DNA from: a virus | Length of the DNA stretch: 64,000 bases | IMG/VR virus record: IMGVR_UViG_3300010885_033832 | Location: 31,417 to 95,416 of that record | Strand: one strand, 5' to 3' | The notes under the pieces: generated by a model | Told to the model about the DNA's origin: nothing | Databases searched by the model: none | The model's input: only the letters and a program-made list of their open reading frames with translations | Translations under genes and position numbers: made by a program | In this document: in pieces, positions 18,920 through 29,003 of the stretch | Numbering within the stretch: position 1 is the stretch's first letter | Layout: each line of letters begins with the position of its first letter

Positions 18920-19697
18920 CGCCATATGTTCAGGACGGATAAAACTGAACAGAAGACGATGTTTTAGTACCTTTACGATAAATGCTTTTGGCCGGAGAGA
19001 CGGATACGCGCTATTTTCGGGCCTTCGCGAAACGTTTCCAAAACACCGACGCCCCCCTTGCGCCACGTCGCCAAGTGTGGTAGGGGGTCAGTCTTTTCTA
19101 GAATGGTCGACCCCCTCCCCCTCCCCTGCCAATCATCATGTCGTGCCTGTCGACGACGACGAGGTCGAGGTGGTCATGATGCCTGACCTTGATGACAGGG
19201 GGGGTGGGGGTAGGGGCTGGCTAAGTCACCACCTAGTCAACGAGGTTGAGTCACCACCTGCCCACGCCCACCACCATCGAGCATGCCTAACATCACTTGA
19301 TGAGTGTGACAGTCACGAGGGGGCTGGGCTAGGTGATAGACATCAAGGCTAGTCGACTAGGCTACCTGCCTCGACGATGCCTCGAGGTGACCCTGACCAC
19401 GACCCTGCCCAGCCTGCCAGCCCGACCACCCTGCCAGCCCACCCTGCCAGATAGGCTAGCCGCATGACCTTGATGGTCGATACATATTGTCAGGGACCAT
19501 GACCACTACACGAGAACACGTCGAGAGATGCATCGAGGCAGGGGGGTGGATGCATCGACAGGTATGCACATCAAGGTTGATGGACTCGACTCGACCATGC
19601 TCACCCGACCGACCATCGAGGGGATGCCCCTAGGTACCCATCACCTCGAGGTACATCACCTAGGTAGGACGGCGTAAAAGGCTCACCGCAAGGGGTG
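18920..19697. other. ~780 bp non-coding, low-complexity region; candidate packaging/terminus site
   Basis: No credible ORF; A/T-tract segment, then a C-tract, then a segment lacking A/T tracts and rich in TCGA/CTAG with CCTGCCAG repeats. Confidence 0.4.
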
Positions 19698-21494
19698 TCA
19701 GCGACTCGTGCCAGCGGTGGTCAGAGCCTTAGCCGCAAGGCGACCCACGACCTCGACGACGTTGACGACTGACCCATTCCCGAGGGGTACGAATTCAGCT
19801 GACCCTCGAGTGCAGAACGCCTTAGCCTTGGACAGGCCATAGTCTCCAGCACCTAGCCATAGCACGCCCACCCCGGCGCGAGCGGCCTGAGCCAACCGCG
19901 CATCGACGGCCTTGAGCTGGTCGAGGCGGTACTGCCCATCGGACACGATCACGAGTAAGCGAGCACCCTTGCCCTCGGTCAGGGTCAGCCCACCATCGAG
20001 CGCGAGGAACGCCTTGTCGAACTCCTCGGTCGAGTCGGGGGCAGTGTAGACCTGCACCTCGTTCAGGTGTTGTCCAGGCTTGAGCGTCGAGAACACGGAC
20101 GACCCATAGTAGACCATGGCCACTCGCCCCTGAACTCGGCGTACTGCTTCGGATAGCACCCACGCAGTTGAGGCCATCGACTTCATCGCCGAGCCCATCG
20201 AGCCACTGACATCGACCATCACCCCAATGGTCAGGGGTGGGTTGTCAACATGACGATGCTGGACTCGATTCCATGGCTCGACGTCGACCATCATCCCACG
20301 TGCACGTTGCGCCTGCCCCTGTACGAGAGCACGAGTTCGGAGTCGTCCAGGTGGTAGTCGACTGGCTGACTCGGTGCGAACGCGGTCACGATAACGGGCC
20401 TTCTCGAGTTGACGTGCGAGGAGTACTGCTGCCTGTCGTTCTTGAGCGTTGGGGGCACGGGTCTCAACGAGCTTGGACGAGGTCGAGCTACCCCTGACCA
20501 CGGACTTGACACCAGCCTGAAACACCTCGCGAGCCATCGTCTTGGCCTGTGCACGCTCGTTGGCCTTGGCCCTGTTCTCGACCGACCTCTCATCGTACTC
20601 AGCCATCTTGGCCTGCCTGCCTGCCTCGGACTCGACAGCCATCGTGACAGTGAATCCATCCTCGCCTAGTGCATCGAGCATCTCGCCCAACTGCTTGGAC
20701 GTGAGGATCATGCCCTCCTTGCCCGACTGACCCTGACGTTCAGCCTCAGTGGTGATGATCGTGTTCCAGTCTCGCGCGAGGTCGATCATCCCATCGACAT
20801 CACCATGTGAGGTGACAGCGAACTTGGACCATACGCGAGACAGTGCATCGACGACCTCGTCCGACAGGACACGTCCCACGAATGCGCGGACGTTGACCAC
20901 GTCCTCGTCGAGGAGGATGCCCACGTCACGTCGCCCGAGGATGAGCGTTGCCATCTTGGCAGCCTGCCTGACCTTGGGGATGTCATCGTCGACGCCCACC
21001 TTGAGGTCGGACATTACGATGCCCATCGCCGATGCTCGGAGCATGATCTGATTCTCTGGGTACTCCAGAACACCTCGTGCCTCGATACGTACCTCCTCGA
21101 GGACGACCATTGCATCCCATACACCAGCCTCGTGCTTGAGGCGTTCTTGGGTCGCCTCGAGTGGCCACAACGAGTATCGTGCATGACACGCCTCGTGGAA
21201 GATTGCCCCTGTCGCCTTGGCATTCTCGAGCTGGACCACACGACGTGTGAAGTCACCAATCACCTCGGGGTTGCCATGGTCGAACGCGATGTCGGAGTTG
21301 ACCTCGATCTCGGACGTGGCAGGGTTGTACGCTGCGGGGGCACCATGGTCCATGCCTACCCATGGGCCGACGAATACAGTGAGGTCACCACGACCTGACC
21401 ACTCGTTGACCATCGACCCAATCGAGGCACCGACCTTGAGCCACTTGGATGATGTGGTGCGACGTGCAACGACGCTGTGCCCGAAGTGTGTCAT
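19698..21494 (-). CDS. VWA-domain protein with N-terminal HExxH metallopeptidase-like domain (CobT/NorD-like MoxR partner)
   Basis: HEACH...LEEVRIE; MIDAS motif DVSGSM...ST...SDG; adjacent to AAA gene. Confidence 0.85.
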   Translation of the reverse strand: MTHFGHSVVARRTTSSKWLKVGASIGSMVNEWSGRGDLTVFVGPWVGMDHGAPAAYNPATSEIEVNSDIAFDHGNPEVIGDFTRRVVQLENAKATGAIFHEACHARYSLWPLEATQERLKHEAGVWDAMVVLEEVRIEARGVLEYPENQIMLRASAMGIVMSDLKVGVDDDIPKVRQAAKMATLILGRRDVGILLDEDVVNVRAFVGRVLSDEVVDALSRVWSKFAVTSHGDVDGMIDLARDWNTIITTEAERQGQSGKEGMILTSKQLGEMLDALGEDGFTVTMAVESEAGRQAKMAEYDERSVENRAKANERAQAKTMAREVFQAGVKSVVRGSSTSSKLVETRAPNAQERQAAVLLARQLEKARYRDRVRTESASRLPPGRLRTRALVQGQAQRARGMMVDVEPWNRVQHRHVDNPPLTIGVMVDVSGSMGSAMKSMASTAWVLSEAVRRVQGRVAMVYYGSSVFSTLKPGQHLNEVQVYTAPDSTEEFDKAFLALDGGLTLTEGKGARLLVIVSDGQYRLDQLKAVDARLAQAARAGVGVLWLGAGDYGLSKAKAFCTRGSAEFVPLGNGSVVNVVEVVGRLAAKALTTAGTSR

Positions 21495-21502
21495 GCCCGG
21501 CC

Positions 21503-22576
21503 TCAGATACGCGAGGGGAGCATGGACTCACCAAAAGCACGACTGAAGACATCGGACACTACAGGTCGGTCCATCTCAGGCGCGGAGGCCAACAGGTTCT
21601 GAATCGCGAATCGTGCCCCGAACTTCTCGGTCACATCCCTGAATGCCAGGAGCTCACGGAGCTGTGGAGCCCACGACACGTCGCCTGACTCGAGGCGCTT
21701 GTTGAGGTTCTGGGCCGCGGTCACTGCGAGGCGTTCGACGCCCAGCTTCTTGGCCAGTGCCCAGTCCGTCGTCATCTCAGTCTGGATTGCGAATCGAGAC
21801 AGCAACGCCTCGGACAGGTTGACACCTGGGGCGTGGGGATTCGTCGCGGCCACGATGAAGAATCCAGCCTGAGCCTTGACGGTCCCGCGTTCAGGGTTGG
21901 CAGTGACGGTGTACTCGCGACGACCATCCATCAGGCCATAGACCACGGACAGGACCTTGGGGTCGATGAGGCCGACCTCGTCGATGAGAAGGACCTTGCC
22001 CTCCTCGGCTGCCTTGATGAGCGGGCCGTCGACCCACGAGAATCCATCGGGGGTCTGGATGTATCCGCCAACGAGGTCGGACACCTCGGTGTCGCCCGAG
22101 CCCAAGATCGTGTACAGATTCGTCCCGAACGCGGCCTCGACCAGCGCGGTCTTGCCTGTGCCGGGCGGGCCATAGAACAACGAGTACAGCCCTGACTCAC
22201 GTGCCTCGCGAAGGACATCGACGTCGACGTGCTCGCCCCACTTGCGCGTGTAGTACTTCTCTCCGTTGGGCCGGAGGAACGACTCGTCTTCGGTTGCGTT
22301 CGGGAGCATCTTCTTCTCTTCTAAGGACTTGGGAGGAATCATGGCTTTCGAGGGGGTCGAGCCATTCTGACCGCGACCACGTGCTCGTGAGGACGGCGTT
22401 GAGTATGCCTCGAAGTTGCCCGTGAGCATGTCGACGTCGGCCCACTTCGAGTCTACCTCACTGAGTAGGGCCGAGACGAGGATGTATGAGATCTCCTCAG
22501 GCAGGTGGATGTCCTTGCCATAGTGATCGGCCAGTCTCTTGTTGATCTTGAATGGTGATGTGCTGTACGTAGGCAT
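21503..22576 (-). CDS. MoxR/CbbQ/CobS-family AAA+ ATPase
   Basis: GPPGTGKT, LLIDE, AATNP, ALLSRF. Confidence 0.9.
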   Translation of the reverse strand: MPTYSTSPFKINKRLADHYGKDIHLPEEISYILVSALLSEVDSKWADVDMLTGNFEAYSTPSSRARGRGQNGSTPSKAMIPPKSLEEKKMLPNATEDESFLRPNGEKYYTRKWGEHVDVDVLREARESGLYSLFYGPPGTGKTALVEAAFGTNLYTILGSGDTEVSDLVGGYIQTPDGFSWVDGPLIKAAEEGKVLLIDEVGLIDPKVLSVVYGLMDGRREYTVTANPERGTVKAQAGFFIVAATNPHAPGVNLSEALLSRFAIQTEMTTDWALAKKLGVERLAVTAAQNLNKRLESGDVSWAPQLRELLAFRDVTEKFGARFAIQNLLASAPEMDRPVVSDVFSRAFGESMLPSRI

Positions 22577-22578
22577 GG

Positions 22579-23211
22579 CTAGACTGCACTCCCCGTTGTC
22601 AGCAGTGCAGGGATCGACTTGCCTATGGGCTCGGTCACGGACTCAGGGAATCCGGCGTCACGACGGACACGCTCGAGACGTCGGAGCAGGGCCGATGGGG
22701 TCTGCTTGCTATACGCCTCGCGAGCATCGGTGTCGGTCACCTCGATGTACAACGGCTTCTGGATCGCGTACACCTCGGGCTTGCCCATCATCGCACCGAG
22801 CCAGTCCATGATGTACTCGTACGCGTTGGAGTCCATGACTTCGGACACCACCTCTTGGACATCGAGGAGACGATCGAAGACGAGGCTCTGCTGCTCGATT
22901 CGGGTCATGTAGTGCATCTTCGGGGCGGTGACACTGCCAGCGCTATGCACGACGCCGCCCGAGCTCGAGAACGTTTCATTACGGACTGAGCCATGAATCG
23001 CAGCGAATCGCCAACGGGCTCGAGGATTGGTCGGGGCGGTAGAGCGGTGGAAGATCGACGGCCACTTCCACTCCCGAGTGGTCACGTCGCGGTGGGGTGG
23101 CATCACCAGCACCTGACGGGTGTAGACCTCGGTCCCATTCCCAGCGATGGGTCGGGCCTCAAGGTACAGTGCGAATCGTTTCGGTGGGGCTTTAGTGGTG
23201 ACGACAGCCAT
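22579..23211 (-). CDS. Hypothetical protein, first gene of the AAA-VWA operon
   Basis: 210 aa; GAAAGGA SD; TTGACG-N16-TATAGT promoter upstream. Confidence 0.75.
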   Translation of the reverse strand: MAVVTTKAPPKRFALYLEARPIAGNGTEVYTRQVLVMPPHRDVTTREWKWPSIFHRSTAPTNPRARWRFAAIHGSVRNETFSSSGGVVHSAGSVTAPKMHYMTRIEQQSLVFDRLLDVQEVVSEVMDSNAYEYIMDWLGAMMGKPEVYAIQKPLYIEVTDTDAREAYSKQTPSALLRRLERVRRDAGFPESVTEPIGKSIPALLTTGSAV

Positions 23212-23241
23212 CAGAGTCCTTTCGTGGAGACGTAAGACTCA

Positions 23242-23472
23242 CTATACGCCCATGGCCTCCAGCGTCAAGCTAAGACACGCTGAGCACGAGATCTGCACAT
23301 CACCATCGTCGGCCATCACGGCCCATCTCTCGGTGCCTTGAGCATCCTGACACCCAGCGCAGGCAATACTTCTACCCTCGTCGACGATGCCTGACTTCTC
23401 AACGGCGTCGAGGTCACAGCGAAGTCCGGCGTCGAACTTGACGACCTCGAACGCGCGTACGGTCATGCTCAT
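23242..23472 (-). CDS. Small protein with two CxxC pairs
   Basis: ATGA overlap with terL stop; CAGC...CSAC. Confidence 0.6.
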   Translation of the reverse strand: MSMTVRAFEVVKFDAGLRCDLDAVEKSGIVDEGRSIACAGCQDAQGTERWAVMADDGDVQISCSACLSLTLEAMGV

Positions 23473-24887
23473 CGGACCCTGAACTTCGATCCGCCAGCAC
23501 CCTGCTGACCGATGCCGGGCAGGGTGAATCGGCGACCTGCTGGTGACTTGGCTGATAGCCCACCACCGAGGAATCCAGCGGGTGGCTTGATGAGCAACGC
23601 GGTCAGTGCATGCACGAGGGCGTCGACGCGGTCGGGGGACTTGCCCTCGCCAGGGATCCACGACATCATCTGGGACTCGAGCTGAGGGAACACGCCCACG
23701 TGGTGGACACGGCCCTGCTCATACGCGAGGGTGATCGGCTCAGCGCGGAGTGCCTTGCCATACTTGGAGTGCACCTCGAGGACCTTGATCGTGGGGTCGA
23801 TTGTGTGGATGGCGTTCTTGACGAGCGCCCCACCCTGATTGACCTCGGCGACAACGGGGCATCCCCACTTCTTGGCCGCGGCGACAACGGCCTGTGCCCA
23901 CACGGTGGGGGACCCGAGGATAGATGTATCCTCGAGTACCCATGACTGACGCTTATACAAGTCTCGTTCGCCCGTTGAGCCTACCACGACGATGCCACAC
24001 TCGTCCTTGGGGCTCTCGGCGACGGATGGGTCGACACCGATCACGCGCAGTGGCATCTGTGGCGGGTAGGCACCCTGTCGATAGTTGTCGATGATGTCTT
24101 CGGTCCAGAGCGCACCATCAACGGAGTCGAGCATCTCACCATAGAGCTCTTGAGCGGCGAGGGAAGTACCACCATAGACACCGAGCATGGTATCGAGGTA
24201 CGCGCTCGACAGGTTCCCGGCGTTGTCCATCGTCGATCCGCGAGTGACACGGACGCGGTTGGGGTGTTCCTCGGATTCCTTGAGAAGTTCGCGGAGCATG
24301 GCCACGCGCTTCGGTGTGGTCGTGATCATGATCTTGGGGACGGCTCCGAGACGCGTAGCGATACGGAGGTTCTGCCACGCGGTCAGTCCCGAGTCGTCGG
24401 GCATCTGTCGCCAAGCGGCGGCCTCGTCGGCGAGTGACGCGTGGAACTGTGGACCACGGAGAAGGTTGGGTTCGTCGGCGGAGAACGTCGTCGCGATGGT
24501 TCCGTTGGGCCACGTCAGTCGTCGCTTCGACGGCTCGTACAGTGGCATCTCACTCGGTGGTGAGATCGACATAATCCCTGACTGTCCTTCGACCACAACG
24601 TCGCGGGCGTCGGCGGCTGTACGGGCAACGATGGCGATACGCTTCGGCCCTGTCTTACTGATGTCGCGGGCTTGCTCTCTGAGCCACTCGGCTCCGGTCC
24701 GGGTCTTACCCCAACCACGACCCGCGAGGGCAATCCAGATGTTCCAGTCACCATCCGGCGCGTGTTGTTCGGGGCGACCCCAGAACGACCAATCCCACAG
24801 CAGACCCTCGGGGTCCATACCTGCCATCATCCGAGCGCGATCGTCGGGGGATAGCTCAGCGATTACCTGCGCGAGTGACTTCGACAT
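23469..24887 (-). CDS. terL: Terminase large subunit
   Basis: AGRGWGKT Walker A, LRGPQFH..LADEAA, TTTPK, IGVDPS nuclease, SPDRVDALV. Confidence 0.95.
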   Translation of the reverse strand: MSKSLAQVIAELSPDDRARMMAGMDPEGLLWDWSFWGRPEQHAPDGDWNIWIALAGRGWGKTRTGAEWLREQARDISKTGPKRIAIVARTAADARDVVVEGQSGIMSISPPSEMPLYEPSKRRLTWPNGTIATTFSADEPNLLRGPQFHASLADEAAAWRQMPDDSGLTAWQNLRIATRLGAVPKIMITTTPKRVAMLRELLKESEEHPNRVRVTRGSTMDNAGNLSSAYLDTMLGVYGGTSLAAQELYGEMLDSVDGALWTEDIIDNYRQGAYPPQMPLRVIGVDPSVAESPKDECGIVVVGSTGERDLYKRQSWVLEDTSILGSPTVWAQAVVAAAKKWGCPVVAEVNQGGALVKNAIHTIDPTIKVLEVHSKYGKALRAEPITLAYEQGRVHHVGVFPQLESQMMSWIPGEGKSPDRVDALVHALTALLIKPPAGFLGGGLSAKSPAGRRFTLPGIGQQGAGGSKFRVR

Positions 24888-24910
24888 GACACAATCCTAC
24901 CTAAAGGTTG

Positions 24911-24934
24911 GACCCCCTAGAAAACTAGGGGGTC
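24911..24934. terminator. Hairpin terminator after thioredoxin
   Basis: GACCCCCTAG-AAAA-CTAGGGGGTC perfect stem. Confidence 0.7.
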
Positions 24935-24957
24935 CCGACGGCGACGACAGCAGGGCG

Positions 24958-25278
24958 TTATACGAGGTAGTCCGATAGGTCAGACTCGAGGGCTGGGCGT
25001 GGCTTCGCGCCGACAATTGTCTTGACGACTTCTCCGCCAACGAACACCTTCATCGTCGGAATCGAGACAACACCATACGCGGTGGGTGTCTCGGGATCCT
25101 CTTCGATGTTCAGCTTCACGATTGTAAGGCTGGGGTATTCATCGGCGATAGCGTCAAGTACTGGACCAACGGCGCGGCAGGGGCCACACCATTCAGCCCA
25201 GAAGTCAACGAGGACCGGACCCTCGGCGCTGAGCACATCGGCGTCGAAGGTCGAGTCGGTTGTTTTTCCAGCGGGCAC
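24958..25278 (-). CDS. trxA: Thioredoxin
   Basis: VLVDFWAEWCGPC...SIPT. Confidence 0.97.
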   Translation of the reverse strand: MPAGKTTDSTFDADVLSAEGPVLVDFWAEWCGPCRAVGPVLDAIADEYPSLTIVKLNIEEDPETPTAYGVVSIPTMKVFVGGEVVKTIVGAKPRPALESDLSDYLV

Positions 25279-25652
25279 TACACAACCACCTTGACGGTGT
25301 TGTCACCCTTGAAGATAGCCTTGAGTGTATCGGCGTTGAGGACGTCGGTCACCTCGAGTCGGTTCTTCGACTGGAACTGCTGAACGGCGATCTGGGTACC
25401 GTTCTGGTAGACACCGGGCTTGTCCCCAATTACGGACACGAACTCAAGTTCGCGGAGGCGACGCTGAAGTTCGGTGACGCTGGTGGACTCGCGCTGGTGC
25501 AGTGGGTTCTGCAGAATCGCAGCGAGCACAACCTGAACGGCGGTGCTCGGTGCTTCGACAGACGCGGGGGCAGACGGCGCAGCGGGCTTGGACGGAGTCG
25601 AGGCGGGCTCGAAGGGTTCGGGGACGATGGAGTCGATGTTGTTATCAGTCAT
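25278..25652 (-). CDS. Peptidoglycan-binding-domain protein
   Basis: VTELQRRLRELEF...GVYQNGTQIAVQQFQSKNRL resembles PG_binding_1. Confidence 0.7.
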   Translation of the reverse strand: MTDNNIDSIVPEPFEPASTPSKPAAPSAPASVEAPSTAVQVVLAAILQNPLHQRESTSVTELQRRLRELEFVSVIGDKPGVYQNGTQIAVQQFQSKNRLEVTDVLNADTLKAIFKGDNTVKVVV

Positions 25653-25672
25653 GGAATTCATTCTACCGAAGG

Positions 25673-25858
25673 TTACTCACCCTTACTCGAGAGGACGGCG
25701 AGCGCCACCGCGGCCAGTCCTAGAGCTTGGATAGTAGCGAACGGATTACCGAGATCGACGGCGACGACTATCGCAGCGACGGCGAGCGCCAGCGCGACGA
25801 CAGGTAGCCAGTTGGTGTTGCTGATGATGAAACGGATTCGTCGGAGTAGTTGATTCAT
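25673..25858 (-). CDS. Small two-TM membrane protein
   Basis: Two hydrophobic helices; leaderless TAGGAT promoter. Confidence 0.65.
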   Translation of the reverse strand: MNQLLRRIRFIISNTNWLPVVALALAVAAIVVAVDLGNPFATIQALGLAAVALAVLSSKGE

Positions 25859-25870
25859 ACCGAAATCCTA

Positions 25871-26050
25871 TCACGACTCTTCATCGCGGATCGTGGCCCG
25901 GAGATCGTCGGCGCGAGTACGTCGGCGCTTCGTGCGCTTGTCGGCATGCGTTCCCCACGCGTTCGATTGGGCGCGCTCGGCGTCTGCCCGTGCCTTGTCT
26001 GGATTCGCAGCGGGCACGTAACGGCGTGGCTTCTTGTCGTCGGCGCTCAT
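25871..26050 (-). CDS. Small basic protein (HADKRTKRRRTR)
   Basis: TACAAT 6 nt upstream of ATG; 59 aa. Confidence 0.7.
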   Translation of the reverse strand: MSADDKKPRRYVPAANPDKARADAERAQSNAWGTHADKRTKRRRTRADDLRATIRDEES

Positions 26051-26293
26051 CCCCCCATTGTACCGCGAGCGCCGGAGTCCCGTCAACGGCGCTCAGCGCC
26101 TCTCTGACGGCGTAACGCGTTCCGGCCACTACGACAGACGGCCTGCCGGAGTGACGCGTCTAACGACGGCGCAGAGCGTCGGCGAGCGCCTAACGGCGTC
26201 GGCGTCCGGCGTCCGCGATCGCAGCGCAACGGCGAGCGCCGACCAACGGCGAAACGCCCAACCGTTTCCACTCGGCTGGGCGTTTCGTCGGCG

Positions 26294-26509
26294 CTAGTTG
26301 TTCGGGTCGAATTCTTCGACGTGGCGGACGTTGCAGACTTCGCAGTCGTCGACGATGGCGAGCGCCTTACCGTCGGCGAAGTACTGGAACGTGGCGGGCT
26401 GGTTGTGGAGCGTGGTGTCGTCGTTGTCCCAGCCACAGGCTCGGAATCCAAACTCTCCCTCGTTCTCGGCGACGCACCCGTTTGGGTCGGTGTCGTAGTA
26501 TCCGCTCAT
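26294..26509 (-). CDS. Cassette gene, acidic Cys-containing 71 aa
   Basis: GAAAGGAAACACA-ATG; own promoter and terminator. Confidence 0.8.
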   Translation of the reverse strand: MSGYYDTDPNGCVAENEGEFGFRACGWDNDDTTLHNQPATFQYFADGKALAIVDDCEVCNVRHVEEFDPNN

Positions 26510-26721
26510 TGTGTTTCCTTTCGTCGCGGTCGGCGTTTCCTCCCGCGTAATCAGTCTATCGGCGGGCACCGACATGTAATAGCCTCCCCTCCCCGACTGT
26601 GGCCGGAATCAGGCCGGCCATCGATGGCCACAACGTCACGACGACGAGCGCCGAAGTCGCCGCGGACAGTCGACGCAGACGACGAAACGCCTACCCTTTC
26701 GGGTAGGCGTTTCGGAGGGAC

Positions 26722-26967
26722 TCACGCCTGAGGGTAGGCGCGAGTGGACAGGCTCTCGGTGCTCTGAGCGAGTCGGGCAAACGTCTTCGCGAGACGGTAC
26801 AGTGCGTCTCCGACGACGACGCGGACGCGGTACTCGGCGTCGACCTTCGGCGTGAAGGGGTAATCCTCCGTGATGGTCGCAACGATGTCGGCATAGCACG
26901 TCGCGCAGACTGCGTCGTACGCTCCGTCGGCGAAGTTGGCAGAGCAAAGGCGCTCGTCGTGGTACAT
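26722..26967 (-). CDS. Cassette gene, 81 aa
   Basis: GAAAGGA SD; cassette architecture. Confidence 0.8.
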   Translation of the reverse strand: MYHDERLCSANFADGAYDAVCATCYADIVATITEDYPFTPKVDAEYRVRVVVGDALYRLAKTFARLAQSTESLSTRAYPQA

Positions 26968-27114
26968 GGTCGATTCCTTTCGGTTGGGGAGGCGTGTTCC
27001 TCCGTGACTCCACTCTATTGGCGAGCGCCGACATGTAACGGTATCCCCTCCCCATCGGCGAGCGCCGCACAACGACAAACAGCCTCCCCGAAGGGAGGCT
27101 GTCGGTCGTCCAAG

Positions 27115-27309
27115 TCAGGCGAAGTCGGGGAGGTGATACTTTGCGGCGAGAGCGGATTCCATTGCTTGGAGCGAGGCGATGGACTCGGCGATGTGGTCGC
27201 GCATATCTCCGACCTCGTTCGCTTTCCACAGCACCATCGCGTCGGTGAGTGACGCGGCGGCGGCCGCGTAGTTTGACAGCACAGCGCTGTCGGTAGCGTC
27301 GTACAACAT
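27115..27309 (-). CDS. Cassette gene, helical 64 aa
   Basis: GAAGGAG SD; cassette architecture. Confidence 0.8.
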   Translation of the reverse strand: MLYDATDSAVLSNYAAAAASLTDAMVLWKANEVGDMRDHIAESIASLQAMESALAAKYHLPDFA

Positions 27310-27420
27310 GGTGACTCCTTCGATTCGGGAGGCGTGTTCCTCCGTGATATCAGACTACGGCACGGCACGGACAAACAACAACCTCCCCTCCCCGAATCGG
27401 GAGGAGAGGTTGTCGGCGCG

Positions 27421-27615
27421 TCAGAGGATTATCGGCTCAACGACTAGGCGCGTTTCGTTCAGCGCACCGCAACCGCACCGATACCATTGCGCGATTCGAC
27501 CATCGGTGCGCCAGATGATATGAATGGTCGGGTGTTCGTGACCGACTCGGCATCGTGGGCAACGGTGATTCAGCGGGGAACGGCGTTCCTCCGTCTGGAT
27601 GATATCGTCTAACAT
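27421..27615 (-). CDS. Cassette gene, zinc-ribbon 64 aa
   Basis: CPRC...CGCG; GAAAGGA SD. Confidence 0.75.
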   Translation of the reverse strand: MLDDIIQTEERRSPLNHRCPRCRVGHEHPTIHIIWRTDGRIAQWYRCGCGALNETRLVVEPIIL

Positions 27616-27712
27616 TCGGGATTCCTTTCGTTCGTGATTCCAGACTACGGCCGCAACGGCATAGACGGCGATAGCCCCCCTGACGGTGTGTCAGAGGGGC
27701 TACCGTATGGCG

Positions 27713-27949
27713 TTACGCTTGGCGAGCGTATCGGGCAACCGCATCGGCAATTCGCGTACCGATGTAGTCGGGCGTGAGCATCGAACGGCGAGGCGCGCGT
27801 GCTTGGGCGAACCGTCCAGAGGTGTTGCCGACCTCGTGAACGATGACAACATAATCGCTACGCGAGATGTTGCCGAGGTAGCGGAGTAGGTACTCCGCAC
27901 CCTCGTAGGTGAACGGCGTGAGGGTGCCGCGTTTGAGTGTGATGGACAT
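27713..27949 (-). CDS. Cassette gene, 78 aa
   Basis: AAAGGAGG SD. Confidence 0.8.
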   Translation of the reverse strand: MSITLKRGTLTPFTYEGAEYLLRYLGNISRSDYVVIVHEVGNTSGRFAQARAPRRSMLTPDYIGTRIADAVARYARQA

Positions 27950-28040
27950 TGTGTCCTCCTTTCGTTTTCAGACTACGGCATACCCCCGACACGAAACAAC
28001 CAACCCCCACCGCATAGGCGGTGAGGGTTGGCGTTTGGCG

Positions 28041-28271
28041 TTACCGCGAGCGCCGAAGACTACGGCGGTACACTTCTTCCCCGACATTCCAACTGAGTAG
28101 GGCAGAGGCGACAACGATACAACCGACAACCATAACGCGGTCGAATGTAGCGTTGTAGGACAGTCCCGACATCTCGGCGGAACGGGCGAGGCTATCGGCG
28201 GTAAGCGCGGTGACAACCGCAACCGCATACAGCCCCAGCGCCATAAGGGCGCGGAATCGACGAATGGACAT
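28041..28271 (-). CDS. Cassette gene, two-TM membrane protein
   Basis: GAAAGGAG SD; two hydrophobic segments. Confidence 0.75.
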   Translation of the reverse strand: MSIRRFRALMALGLYAVAVVTALTADSLARSAEMSGLSYNATFDRVMVVGCIVVASALLSWNVGEEVYRRSLRRSR

Positions 28272-28374
28272 TCCATTCTCCTTTCGTTGGTGATATCAGA
28301 TTACAACGGCGAGCGCCGAAACGGCAACAACCCCCCACCGCATAAGCGATAGGGGGTTGTCGGCGGCGACTACT

Positions 28375-28479
28375 TCATCGGTTGAAGACGAAGTCGAGGT
28401 CGTGCGTGTGGTACGCAATTCCCTCGGTGTCGCGAGTACCGCACTCGGGGCACGGGTCGGTGAGGTCACCAGTAGCCAT
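28375..28479 (-). CDS. Cassette microprotein, 34 aa (CPEC, HTH residues)
   Basis: AAGGAGG SD; cassette architecture. Confidence 0.65.
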   Translation of the reverse strand: MATGDLTDPCPECGTRDTEGIAYHTHDLDFVFNR

Positions 28480-28601
28480 AAGAGTCACCTCCTTGGGGCA
28501 ACGGCGTGGGGCGTGTCCCCCACGCCGACAACGATACGCGGCCCCACGCCGACAACGCAACAACCCCCCACGCCGATTGGCGTGAGGGGCTGTTGGTGGC
28601 G

Positions 28602-29003
28602 TTACTCGGCGGTGGCTTCGGCGGTAACGGGGGCGTTCGCGTTGGACACTACAACGCGCTTGGCTTCAGCGGTACACCAGAACAGGTCGTGACCGAGCGT
28701 TTCCGCTTCGATTTCGACATTCGTTCCCGTGCGGTCGTCGGTCTGCCAATCGCGAACGCGCAAGCGACCGACGACTACGATACGGTCGCCCTTGTTCAGC
28801 GACGCCATTGAGTTCACGGCGAGAGCGCGGAACGCCGTGACCGTGTACCAATTGGTCGAAGCGTCAAGCCACTTTTCAGTAGCCTTGTCGTATCGTCGCT
28901 GTGACGACGCGAGGCGGAATGAAGTGATGGGCAGACCTTCTGCCGTCACGATATGGCGTGGTGTCGTGGCGATAAGCCCCGTCACCGTGAGCGTGTCGCT
29001 CAT
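28602..29003 (-). CDS. ssb: Single-stranded DNA-binding protein (actinobacterial SsbB-like, no acidic tail)
   Basis: ITSFRLASSQRRYD...TNWYTVTAFRALA...LNKGDRIVVVGRLRVRDW...EIEAETLGHDL. Confidence 0.93.
   Translation of the reverse strand: MSDTLTVTGLIATTPRHIVTAEGLPITSFRLASSQRRYDKATEKWLDASTNWYTVTAFRALAVNSMASLNKGDRIVVVGRLRVRDWQTDDRTGTNVEIEAETLGHDLFWCTAEAKRVVVSNANAPVTAEATAE

Noticed and set aside
18906-19352. 148-aa plus-strand ORF in the gap
   Set aside because: No SD, low-complexity translation, opposite to all neighbours
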